Program-made: the position numbers and the translations under genes
Part shown: positions 36,341 through 48,168 of the stretch, piece after piece
Layout: each line of letters opens with the position of its first letter
Numbering within the stretch: the stretch's first letter is position 1
Notes under the pieces: model-generated
What the model was told of the DNA's origin: nothing
The model's database searches: none
Seen by the model: the letters and a program-made list of their open reading frames with translations, nothing else
DNA from: Octopus bimaculoides
Taxonomy: Eukaryota
DNA: 64,000 bases
NCBI RefSeq assembly: GCF_001194135.2
Contig: NC_068986.1
Coordinates: forward strand, 114,195,299 to 114,259,298
Direction of reading: 5' to 3'

Positions 36341-37639
36341 CTCTTTCAATTCTATCGATGATGTCCAAAGGATAGCGGCCGATGTAACATGACACCAGTA
36401 TTGTCGCAGTCACTGCCATCAGGATGCAGAATGCCAGAAATGGATACCACCAGGTATTACACCTAACATTCTAACAATTCCTGCAATCTTATACCCTTGA
36501 ACGCGTTTTTCCCCCCTTTTTTTCCAGTTCTTACAAAGGTTGAAACTGAAAGTCGATCACAATAGGACTTAAAGCTGGGGAACAGAAAGCAGAAATAAAT
36601 GCCGCAAGGCCTTCTATCCGCAAGGCAATTAGGACTCTGTAGTTAACCAGCTTTCATAATATAATATTATATAATACAATATACGCCTATGTTTTTGGTA
36701 GAAAGAAATTAATTAAATTTCCTCTGCATCCAATTATAACAATTACTGTATCACACACACAGCATAACATTATTATGTCAATAAACTTCTTTCAAGTTGA
36801 AATTCAAATTATGTCCGGCATCCTACAATTCCATTGTAATCATGAAAATTTTGTCAAAATATTATTTATTTGTATGTATAACCAACCAAATTATCCGCAC
36901 TTACTGCTACTACTACTACTACTACTACCATCATCATCATCATCATCATCATCACCACCACCACCATCATCATCATCACTACCATCATGATCAATGCATT
37001 GCTTGTAGTATATACAATTAAATGTGTATTGAAGAATTTAAATTGGAACACATAAATGTGTGCAAAATCACTATTTACTATTCAGACAAATGAAACTACA
37101 CAGATTTGTGATATTTTTTATTATTATTATTTTGCAACATACTGGAATATATAGTTTGTTTGAGGAATCTATTTAGATAACAGAAGTAGTGTTAAAGAGA
37201 CCAGCTAGTTTAATGACGATCATTGTTGTATTTTTCGCTTTTGGTCTTTTTAATTATTTTCTTTAAAAACTGGTTGATGTTTTTTTGGGGTGGTACTGAC
37301 ATAACCATGCTTCAAGAAGATATAAATCCTCTGAAAACTGAGGAAATATTAGTTCATGGTTTAGCATGGCACTGAAAAGTTGAATTCAAAATCATTGCAG
37401 GGCCTCCAAGACTTGTGGAGAAAGGTACCTCGACTCTCGTGTTGCTGCAGTAGGAAGCAGGGCGTCTCTCCTCAGAATTATTGATTTGATCTGACTATTA
37501 GCAGCATAACAGACAATGTTGAAAGTATTCAACGACAAAGTAGTGCTGTTAAAACTGTACATCAGATAGATTTACCACTTAAAACTTGCAGGAAGTATTT
37601 GACTGGTTTGCGCACAGTTTCTTTGTTTGATTTCACATA

Positions 37640-37760
37640 AACGGGTTGTGTGGACCTGAGACTATGATATAAAACACTTAAGATACTGAAATACCGTGCA
37701 GCGGTATCGAATCCAGAACCTGTCGATTATGAAGCAAACTTTTCGACCACGTGGCTACAC
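37640..37760 (-). mobile_element. Highly decayed SINE family B head
   Basis: GGACCTGAGACTAT...ACACTT...GCAGCGGTATCGAATCCAGAACC...GCAAACTTTTCGACCAC follows the reversed family B head. Confidence 0.45.
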
Positions 37761-38059
37761 TTTCTTCTCCACAACTAATGGATCTGGCATACTCAGCATT
37801 GCACTGACAGCGGAAATTGGAAAAATTATGATGTGAATATTGAATATTGGCAGCCATTGTGTGAAAAAGGGTTTTGAGGAACACTGCACCAGGTTTTCAC
37901 AGTATACACGCTGTTCATGATGTGAATTTTCTAAAAAGCAAAACTCGGAAAAGCACGATTTGAGTGAGATTTGTCTACTACTTCTAGCAGATCGAACAAA
38001 CACAAAGAGACACGTTCATAAGCTAAACCTTATTTATATAAGACATGCTCAGGCCCTTG

Positions 38060-38290
38060 GTCAATATGCAGGCTACCTCCTATCATGACCATCTCTAATG
38101 TAACTATATTTGGCCTCTACATCTCGGACCTAGTTCGGCTCACACAGCCTCCACTCAGGAATTGCCACTCTATTCACCTCTTCTCCTTCCATCAGCCTTG
38201 TTGAGTCAGCATCCCCAGGATTTCACACTAACCATTACAATCAGTAGGGAGAGTTTGCTTGTAACTGCACCGAACAATACAACGTTAGTG
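38060..38290 (+). mobile_element. Possible decayed L1/Tx1 APE endonuclease remnant
   Basis: Fragments VNMQAT, HSGIATLF and LLVTAPNN appear in the order of LQET, SGVAIL and NIYAPN. Weak similarity only. Confidence 0.3.
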
Positions 38291-38408
38291 TGGTGCTGAT
38301 GTGTGCTTTCGATATTTCAGCAAAAAGAAAAGCGGAAAGAAGAGCGTGTCTTTAAACGGGTGTATGTGTGCGATGGTTTGTAGATGCAGCGTTGAGTTTG
38401 TGTATACC

Positions 38409-38459
<51 letters not shown>

Positions 38460-39219
38460 TGAACATCTCTGCAAAGGCTGCATCCAGAAAGTAGTCACAT
38501 CCTTCTTTGTCACTGAGCTGAGAATTGAGGAGACCGTTCTCATTAACCAACAAACCAGAAATCAGCAACAGAACCTGAACTGAATAGCATGAAAGAAGCT
38601 TTCTCACCTACCTACCTCCACCCAACTTTCTCATACTTACATTTTACTCACCATACCAAGTGTTCTTCACACACATGCATCACATCGCAACATATTTACC
38701 ACACTACACAGCATTGTATAACCGTGCCCTTGATGAACGAAGAAATTCTCAAAAATCTCTTACCTACAGCTACAAAATGCAATTACTGATCAGTAACCTT
38801 TTCCGTTCCCCTTGCATGCTTCTGCATTACCTCATCGTGCCCCACCATCGAATGCTGGTGTTGCTGCCGTTGATACTACCTACCTTAACAAATCAAAACC
38901 TCTAATGCAATGGGCCCACAAACTAGCACAAACAACGCCTTGGTTAGAACACATTGATATGACTTACCGATAAACAACTTGTTTCTTCGGACGCTTTAAT
39001 TATTTTCTTTCTTATATTTGAAAAAGAGAATTTTTTTCCAAAATATTATCGAAGCATTTAACAACCTATATAAAGCAATACAATATCTATTCACTTTGTT
39101 TGCATTCATTAAATCACCTTAACTACGTTGATTAGTTGCGCACCTGCACTGAGCAAAATCTTTTTCAAACATTTATCTTATCGACATATGCTGCTATGTT
39201 TCAAGCAACTACAATACAT

Positions 39220-39262
<43 letters not shown>

Positions 39263-40098
39263 AGCGCGCGCGTATGCCATTTATATATTTGCATCTATTT
39301 ATGTACAAGTATTCTATGTATATATATATATATAGATATATACATCAGATATATATAGGTTTGTATCTATGTGTGTGTATATATATGTGTGTGTGTGTGT
39401 ATGTGTGTTTTGTTCATGTACGCGTGTATAAATGTGTTAATTGTAATGGTTAATCAGCTTATGGAAAGCAACACAAAGAAAAATCTTTACTAAAGTTGGG
39501 GTTCATTTCGTAGAATAAAATTCATTGATTATATTGACTAGGACTTCAAATCTCGCCTTTAATGGATTCTTCAGCCAATGAACCTTCTATCCTTAAATCA
39601 AAATTTTTTTTTTACAAACAAGGGATGTTTATATATTAATGTAAGATTTGTCAATGGTCAAAGAAAAATATTATTTATTTTGTAGTGGTGAGTCATGGGG
39701 TGGGAGGGAGGCTCAGAATGAAAGAGGCATAGAAGGAGGAGGAGGTAGTAGGAAACGTATTGGGGAAGGTGAGAGGATGAAGTAAAGAAAGAAAACAAAG
39801 AATAATAGTTTAGTATTAGGGTGGGGTAAAGGGAGAAAGCCCGGCGTTGTAAGTAGAGAGGGGGAAGTAATTTAAATGTCAAAGGCCTTCAGAATATTTA
39901 ATACATCCTAAGATGAGGAGGCTGACAGAAGAAGGAAATACTGTTGCACAAGACAGTGCCATAAAGATTAAGCATTTATTCCACACACATATATATATAT
40001 ACGCACACGCTCACACATTTACACCAAACATACACACAAACACATGCACACACGAACGTACATTTATGTGCGTGTATGTGTTTGTAGGTATATATATA

Positions 40099-40155
<57 letters not shown>

Positions 40156-40759
40156 NNNNNNNNNNNNNNNNNNNNNNNNNNNNNNNNNNNNNNNNNNNNN
40201 NNNNNNNNNNNNNNNNNNNNNNNNNNNNNNNNNNNNNNNNNNNNNNNNNNNNNNNNNNNNNNNNNNNNNNNNNNNNNNNNNNNNNNNNNNNNNNNNNNNN
40301 NNNNNNNNNNNNNNNNNNNNNNNNNNNNNNNNNNNNNNNNNNNNNNNNNNNNNNNNNNNNNNNNNNNNNNNNNNNNNNNNNNNNNNNNNNNNNNNNNNNN
40401 NNNNNNNNNNNNNNNNNNNNNNNNNNNNNNNNNNNNNNNNNNNNNNNNNNNNNNNNNNNNNNNNNNNNNNNNNNNNNNNNNNNNNNNNNNNNNNNNNNNN
40501 NNNNNNNNNNNNNNNNNNNNNNNNNNNNNNNNNNNNNNNNNNNNNNNNNNNNNNNNNNNNNNNNNNNNNNNNNNNNNNNNNNNNNNNNNNNNNNNNNNNN
40601 NNNNNNNNNNNNNNNNNNNNNNNNNNNNNNNNNNNNNNNNNNNNNNNNNNNNNNNNNNATATGTGTATGTGCATTCCGTATTCCCGAGCGTCATACTAAT
40701 ATATACTTTTGTTATTTACACCACCTGTCCTCGTCTGTTGTTATTATTTGTATATTCTC

Positions 40760-40797
<38 letters not shown>

Positions 40798-41099
40798 GCA
40801 AATATGTATACTTATACATAAAGATATATATACAATATGTATATGCACTCATATAACAATATATATACACACATACAAAATAATACACGTACATATATAT
40901 GCCTATACACACCTGTGCACATATAAACGAGCACAATCACACACATGCGCGCACATACAAGCACACACAGGCACGCACTTACGCGCGCGCACACACACAT
41001 ACACACAATACGCACACGCACACACACACACACATACACACACACACACACCACAAAAGCACGCACATACACTCACGCACACATTGCGTGAGTTCGTAC

Positions 41100-41237
41100 C
41101 TACGATGCTGCTCTCACGATGTGGATAGCATTGTCCTTCATCCTCATACTTCATCTCACGTTGCGCCAGCCCGCACGGAAGCAACTGGGAATCAGCCGAG
41201 TGCTGAGGCAACCCTTTCTTCATCAAGCTTCCACTGC
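41100..41237 (-). CDS. Candidate internal coding exon (138 nt, phase 1-1), product unknown
   Basis: Acceptor tttaatatctag|GC and donor CGTAG|gtacga; open frame SGSLMKKGLPQHSADSQLLPCGLAQREMKYEDEGQCYPHRESSIV; GC-rich for this window. No recognisable homology. Confidence 0.25.
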
Positions 41238-41611
41238 CTAGATATTAAACTGGGCCCTGGTTGATAGATCGAGAGGGCATTTAAACCTACCCATGATCAC
41301 ATAAACACCTAAAATAACCAGAGAACATATGGTCCATTCTGTCAAGTAATACTCGCTTCCAAGTGACGGCTATAGTTGTGTGTGTGTGTGTGTGTGACTA
41401 GGTACGTGTGTGTGTGTGAGAGAGAGACTAGGTACTGACTTGCAGCCATGAAATCTAGAGCAAGTTGAAATGAATTGCCTTGCTCACACGATTTTATAAT
41501 CGAAATAAACGCAACCAAACCAGAACTCCATGTATTTTACGTGTGTGTGTATGTGTATCCATATATTGGTGTGTATATGTATGTATTTGATAGGCAGACA
41601 TACAGATAGAT

Positions 41612-41676
<65 letters not shown>

Positions 41677-41818
41677 CATACATACATACATACACCTGAT
41701 TAGTGTGACTCGTAGTACGAGCCTACGAAACCAATTCATATGGAACTGAGTCAAACTATGTTTAATTAATATATATATATATATACTTTATTTAAAAGCA
41801 GCAGAAATATAACAAAAG

Positions 41819-41858
41819 ACTGTTACTCGGAGTTTCACGTTCCCGTTCATCGGACAGT
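41819..41858 (-). ncRNA. Minimal type I hammerhead ribozyme (U4C core variant)
   Basis: Minus strand ACTGT-CCGATGA-ACG(GGAA)CGT-GAAA-CTC(C)GAG-T-A-ACAGT. All three stems pair, GNRA loop on stem II, GUA cleavage triplet; stem I extends by AACAAA/TTTGTT after a 2-nt bulge. Confidence 0.7.
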
Positions 41859-41878
41859 TTTGTTAGATTTCTAACAAA

Positions 41879-41918
41879 ACTGTCCGATGAACGGGAACGT
41901 AAAACTCAGAGTCACGGT
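41879..41918 (+). ncRNA. Inverted twin hammerhead copy, probably inactive (G12A)
   Basis: ACTGT-CCGATGA-ACG(GGAA)CGT-AAAA-CTC(A)GAG-T-C-ACGGT: stems are kept and the triplet is GUC, but GAAA has become AAAA. Confidence 0.6.
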
Positions 41919-42489
41919 TTTTTTTTGTTATATTTCTACTGCTTTTAAATAAAGCATATTACTCTACCTCTGGTATTTGAGTACTCTTTTTTCCACCTTG
42001 TTGCACATTTCATGTGCTTACTCCGGTATATATATATATATATGTGTGTGTTGAATGGCACTTTCTTTCATTTGTCTACTCACTCGTATGTGTGTGAGTG
42101 TTTATGTGCCCGCGCGCGTGTGTACATATATATATTTATATATATACACATATATAAACACACAAACGCGTGCATATATATGTATACACACGCACGCACT
42201 TTCTCTGTTTATGTGTGTATACGGTAGCGTTAGATCTCCGTCGTTCTAGCGTCGAGATTCAGTTGTTCGATCAACCATTTTACCTGTCCCTGTATTAATG
42301 GCTGAAATTTCCGTAGACATGTGTATCCGGAACGAAATTCTCTAACGGAAACAACATGACACAGAGATTGACAAATCTTTACATTTTGTATTGCTGATAC
42401 AATCCAGTGATCGGCTTCTATGCAGTTTCCATCATCCTAATTACAATCAAATGACATCTGTCTCAGATGCCACTGCGTGTAATCTTAGA

Positions 42490-43037
42490 GAAATATCATA
42501 TGAAGGAACTACTGAAAGAGGCTGAACAAAAACTGCGACTTGGCGAAGACATGAGAGATAGGTAATAATCAGCATCCAGGAAAAGTTTGGAAGGGTTAGC
42601 ACCCAACTTCGGCATTAATAGTTGTACAAACACCCGTACTGGACGCCATTTCGTAGTATCAAAGGTACAGTCCACTCTATCTAATGTCGGGAATAAATAC
42701 GAAAATAGCTTAGATTTCAAAAGCCCACAGCTCTTCAATGTCATGCCCAAAGAATGAAGAAACCTACACAATATGTACGTGGATACTTTCGATAAAGAAT
42801 TAAACATTCTATTATCCATGATACGTGATAAGCGAACGTGACGGCAGGAAGTACAGACGAGGGCAGCAATGTCAAACTCCCTCATACATCAAATGAAAAC
42901 ATAAACAGGAAAAGAAGCACAAACAAGGGCTGTGATAGGAAACCAGTCAGAGAAGAGGGCTTTCGAAGCGGAAAATTTCACGGTGAAGCATGACTGCAGC
43001 CTCATGACTGCAGTGTCACGGCTGAAACATGAAAAAG
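42490..43037 (+). mobile_element. CR1-like LINE 3' end (end of ORF2 plus 3' UTR)
   Basis: Plus-strand fragments LEGLAPNFGINSCTNTRTGRH, NSLDFKSPQLFNVMPKE and RAAMSNSLIHQ match the ILEGL.PN, GPQLFN.LP and RAA.SNSL..Q CR1-type C-terminus. Confidence 0.8.
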
Positions 43038-43230
43038 TGTGCCATCATATTTCACATTCTTCAGTATTTATTGTTTCTTCATTGCAATTTCATTAACATT
43101 TTCATGGCATATCTGCAGTCTCATCATATAAACTCTTCAGATGCAACTGCCTTTTGCAAGAGGTTTTGTTTATTGTGTGTTGCTACGAGACATTTCAATG
43201 TTTTTTTCCGGTTTGTAAATATTAAGGAAT

Positions 43231-43345
43231 ATGTGTCTACTTATGAGTGTCTACTTATGAGTGTCTACTCACGTGTTTCTTCTCATGAGTGTCTGCTTAT
43301 GCGTGTCTGATTATGAGTATCTGCATATGAGTGTCTGCTTATTTG
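43231..43345. repeat. 14-bp minisatellite (GTGTCTRCTTATGA x about 8)
   Basis: Directly visible, increasingly degenerate. Confidence 0.85.
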
Positions 43346-43411
43346 TAAAGTTAAAGAAGTTATTAGAAATTAAGACCCGTCAGTGACTTTTGGGACACTC
43401 TGTATATGATC

Positions 43412-43669
43412 CAAATAAGAAGACAAAGAATGACTTTAATAGATATTTAGCGATCAGTTACAATTGTTTCTGTACCAACTCTGCCTACAACGTAAGAGCA
43501 TACCTTTGATGCAGTCTGAGGAATTGCCACTCTAATGTTTACGACCACAAATATTACGCAAATTTTCGCTTAGAACTTTTGCGTGAACTGGCGTTATAAG
43601 TGGAGTTGGTACAAAAACTATTGTAACTGATCATTAAAGACATGTTAAAGTCTTTCTTTGTCTTATTTG
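43412..43669. mobile_element. MITE with about 80-bp imperfect terminal inverted repeats
   Basis: CAAATAAG(AA)GACAAAGAATGACTTTAA...GATCAGTTACAAT.GTTT.TGTACCAACTC pairs with the reverse complement of 43590-43669; TA-rich flanks. Confidence 0.75.
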
Positions 43670-43699
43670 CATTATATTTCACTCTTCGGTAAAACCCAT

Positions 43700-44037
43700 A
43701 CAACGGTTTTACCGTCTGGAATATGACATTCTAAATAGCCCAGAGCCATGTGTCACCTCGCACTACTACAATCGTTTACTTAAGAATCTATATTGTGCCG
43801 TAAGCATAGCACAGTCGGGCATGCTCTTTGTTCCAACTTTCTGTCCATGACAAAATCGTAACCTACAGCGTACTTGTGATTGCAAAAACACAAATTTCAC
43901 ACTTTGCAAAGTAAACACAACAATGCCACACTGCCTCATGAAGGTCACTGCTAGCTCTCTCTGCGCACGCAACCATGTATTGCTATCTGTTGGGGCACTA
44001 CAGAACTAGTCCCGGAACTTTTTGATACCACCTTGTA
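43700..44037 (-). mobile_element. Mariner 5' fragment (TIR plus start of transposase)
   Basis: Minus strand begins TA-CAAGGTGGTATCAAAAAGTTCCGGGACT, a mariner-type TIR; ATG at 43848 gives MDRKLEQRA (the M..EQR. mariner N-terminus). Confidence 0.65.
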
Positions 44038-44466
44038 TAATAAAATATACTAATTAACTCGCGTAGCCTGCACTGAAATGCAAAGATCTGTTTGTGCACA
44101 CAGGAAATTAATATAAATCTTATTCGATCTTTTCTAAAACTCTGATAAGTGTTAAATTAATTACATTGATTATACACTTTTTCTTTCAAGACACAGAGAG
44201 AAACAGCTGTTATATAAACACACTGATTACTTTTCTCAGTGAGGTTCACTTGTGGATTCACACAAAACCAGACGCTCGTAAGTTTTGCTAGATTTCAAAT
44301 TATCATTAAAACATACAACCTAGTGTACCTGTTCCTATACATACATACATACGTATGTATAAACACACGCACATATAAGTACATACATACATTCATACAC
44401 ATACACACACACATATATATACATACATATATACATATATACACGTAAATATATACATGAATATAT

Positions 44467-44586
<120 letters not shown>

Positions 44587-45124
44587 ACAGATGTAAGCGG
44601 TTACACACAAACATCCGTATACACGTATGCAGGAAATGAGGCTTCGGTGTGTGCATTTATTTGTAAATGTTTGTGAATGTGTGTATAGATGCCCGCTTGT
44701 CGAGATTTCTAACAAAATCGCAGTTATCTACATGATCGTTGCAGCTGGTGCACATGTAGCAACATCCCTTCTCAGCTATCATCAAGTGTGCATGGGTGAC
44801 ATAAGAGTGTTGCAGTCAGCTGTTCCACCACTAGATGTTAACACGCTTATGTGTATGTGTGTTTGCAGACAGATGTATACATACACACACACACATCGTG
44901 TTTACATGTAATACACATCATATACATAATATACATAATACATATTATGCACATACGCAGACACGCACACACATACACACGCGCACACACACACACACAC
45001 ATACTTATAACATAGACATTATATTACAAGCTCGCAATGTATGACTTGCTATACATGTACGGATGTGTGTATATGTGTGTGTGTCTTCGTGTGTGTGTGT
45101 CTGTGTGCGTGTGTGTGTGTGTGT

Positions 45125-46270
45125 CATTATTCAGTTTATTTCCAGATTTCTTGCCAGTAGAGAAAGAACCGGTTTCTAACCTAGATCCAAGGTTCCTTCA
45201 TTGCAATTTCAACATCAACAACACGGTATTTTTGTTTGTATTTTTGTTTGTATGTATGTATGTATGTATGTATGTATGTGTGCAGATTTGTCTGTTTTGT
45301 TTTATGTATGTATTCTCATGCATATAGTTGCATATCTAGACATGCACATATATACTCAAATGATAAACTTCTGGTAAGTTTTACAGATTTTTACAGTTCC
45401 GGTGATGGAACTGTTGTCTTCGATGGAACTATTGTCTTCGAATTAGCTTTCTCCTTTCTGGTTTTGAGAAGACCAGTTTCTCAAGATTGCTATTTAGACA
45501 GTGTGTTACATACCCCAGGGCCCCAATAATTACAGGTATAAACCTGAACTTGTAATCTGGATACAGTAACTGCAGATTTCTCAATAGTTCAGCATAGGTG
45601 TTCTCTTTTTCACTGATCTTCAGCTTTATGTTAACATCCGCTGGGCAGCTAATTTCCACACTCTACACAATTTCTCTTCTATATCCCAAATCATCATATC
45701 AGGTCTGTTGTGTTAACATCTTATTGAGATCTTCAGCGGGACATTCCACCAGTATTCCTTTTTATTATGAGTGGTTATGGCTTCTACTATATTGTGGGTT
45801 CTTATTTCTATGTCCTCGGGGGTTATCCTTCCGACGGATTTCATTATAGAGTGTTCTAGCTACAACATCATGTCTCATCGGTGGATAATACTGTGATGAC
45901 ACTTTCGGATACCTGCTAATGATGTGGGTGATATCTTCTGTGTGAACTCCACAAACAAAGTCTGTATCGGTTGTCACACTTTACTGCTTTTCCTGCATCT
46001 CTATCCCTTTTGTGCATCAGGTATTTATTTGGTTGATATTTCCTGTTCCTGATTGCAAACGCATACCCTTTTGAGTGGGAGTTGGCTATTAGTCCGAGAT
46101 GGACTGCTTTCGTGATCGAGCTTACTATCGTCTCGGAGCTTTCTACTAGCATATCCATGCATAGGTCTTCTGCTCGTAGAGGCTCATTCTTTCATCTGAT
46201 ATAGTTTGCATACTGTTTCTGTCCCTATTAACCATATTTTGATAAGTCTGCTAGCTATTTGTGCCATCAC
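45125..46270 (-). mobile_element. R4/Dong-type RLE non-LTR retrotransposon 3' fragment (zinc knuckle, REL endonuclease, 3' UTR)
   Basis: KGYAFAI...KYLMHKRDR...CDNRYRLC, EDITHIISR.PK...YYPPMRHDVVARTLY, MEISCPADVNIKLKISEKENTYAEL...IPVIIGALG and TGTVKICKT, followed by a UTR ending AATAAACTGAATAAT. Confidence 0.9.
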
Positions 46271-46816
46271 TGACTGAAAAGACACTGAAATCCTATATTT
46301 TGCGGTAACGATACTTGGCGGCTATATGGTCACCGGACGCCTGCCTCTGAGGAGGTCCAAGTAGACTGAAATCACATGAACTGACACGTTCGGTGCCCGA
46401 AACAGTCGATTCTCGTCTGCTTCGATATAACCGTTCATTTATGCGCCATGCGTCTATATGAGAGTTCCTCTCCAGACTAACATCGCAGTATTCAATATCT
46501 AACAAGACATCTACGTTAAACTGGATATAGATAGATAGATAAACAAACAGGTACATATATATGTGTGTGTGTGTTCTTTCTCTCTTTTGTTTCCTTACTC
46601 TCTCTTCTTCTCTCAGGCGCGCGGGCGCTTCCTCTTGAATGGAACCAGCTGTGGTCAAACGAGAATGGTTTATGTCCGCTCAAACCGCCAGATCATGTAC
46701 TTTTCGTACTTTGAAGAAAATACGCGTAATATAATCGCAGCTTTCTGTTTCAGGGTACAAAGATATAGAGGGTGCCTGAAATGTTGGTTGTGTCACGCAC
46801 CTTAACTTCCGATTGC

Positions 46817-46924
<108 letters not shown>

Positions 46925-47250
46925 CATCTCTCTCTCATATCTGTTGTTTGTTCGTGTGTGTATTCATATATATTTATAAAGATATCTATGTATTAATATA
47001 TTGCATATATATACGCACCTATACTCGCATATACGTGTGTGTGTGTATCATGTGTGTGTATGTATATGTGTGTATATATGCATGCGTGTGTGCTTGTGCG
47101 TGTGTGCTTGTACATGTATATGTGTGTGCGTGTTTGTGCGCGTGTGTATGTGTATATACCCTCTCGCTAAAACTTACCGCAGTATAACCAATCCATTTAC
47201 TTAGATTTGTCTATCCATCAGGGGGTCGTAAAAGCCCAGAATAATTATCA

Positions 47251-47282
<32 letters not shown>

Positions 47283-47568
47283 AGAGTGTTAGGTGTGATG
47301 TTATATATATATATAGAATAAAGAAAACTTTAGATTACCAAACCTTTAACCTATCCCAAAGAAATAGCTTAGGGTTTACAAGACAGTTGATTCGTTTGTT
47401 TTTTGTCTTTTACAACCATCCCTTCTAAGTCTGCCTGATAAGAGGTAAATGGGTCTGTGTGAGTCAGGAATAATGGAGAATAGCTATTGTTGAATGATAA
47501 ACTTGCTCCAACAGTGCATGTGTGTGTACGTGTATTCATATATATGTGTGTGTGTATGTATCGATGTG

Positions 47569-47601
<33 letters not shown>

Positions 47602-48130
47602 CAATGTTAATTCTCTAAATGAAATATATATGTGTATATATATATATTTATATATATGTATGTATGTATAATATATATATATGATATATATATATATATA
47701 CACACATATACATTCATGCATGCACACACACATATCAAAACTGTCCAGGTGCACATTCATGTTCTCTCGAGACGAACGGATGCTAGACTCCACATACATA
47801 CATACATACATACATACATACATACATACATACATACATGCATACATACATACATACATACATACATACGTGTGTGTATGTGTATGTGCATGTGTGTGTC
47901 TGTGTGTGTGTGTATGCTTAGATATATATATATANNNNNNNNNNNNNNNNNNNNNNNNNNNNNNNNNNNNNNNNNNNNNNNNNNNNNNNNNNNNNNNNNN
48001 NNNNNNNNNNNNNNNNNNNNNNNNNNNNNNNNNNNNNNNNNNNNNNNNNNNNNNNNNNNNNNNNNNNNNNNNNNNNNNNNNNNNNNNNNNNNNNNNNNNN
48101 NNNNNNNNNNNNNNNNNAGCGTATATAATC

Positions 48131-48168
<38 letters not shown>

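Larger units (their letters stand above)
41786..42026. mobile_element. (TA)n-flanked fold-back element (inverted partial copy plus longer copy); Penelope pLTR-like
   Basis: 41786-41866 is the reverse complement of 41871-41954 (inner 30 bp identical, about 6 substitutions and a T-run indel further out). The right copy continues to 42026; TA runs on both sides. Confidence 0.85.

Noticed and set aside
36335-36462. Minus-strand hydrophobic frame CNTWWYPFLAFCILMAVTATILVSCYIG (similar case at 44690-44840 plus)
   Set aside because: Weak splice signals; hydrophobic frames arise easily in T-rich DNA.
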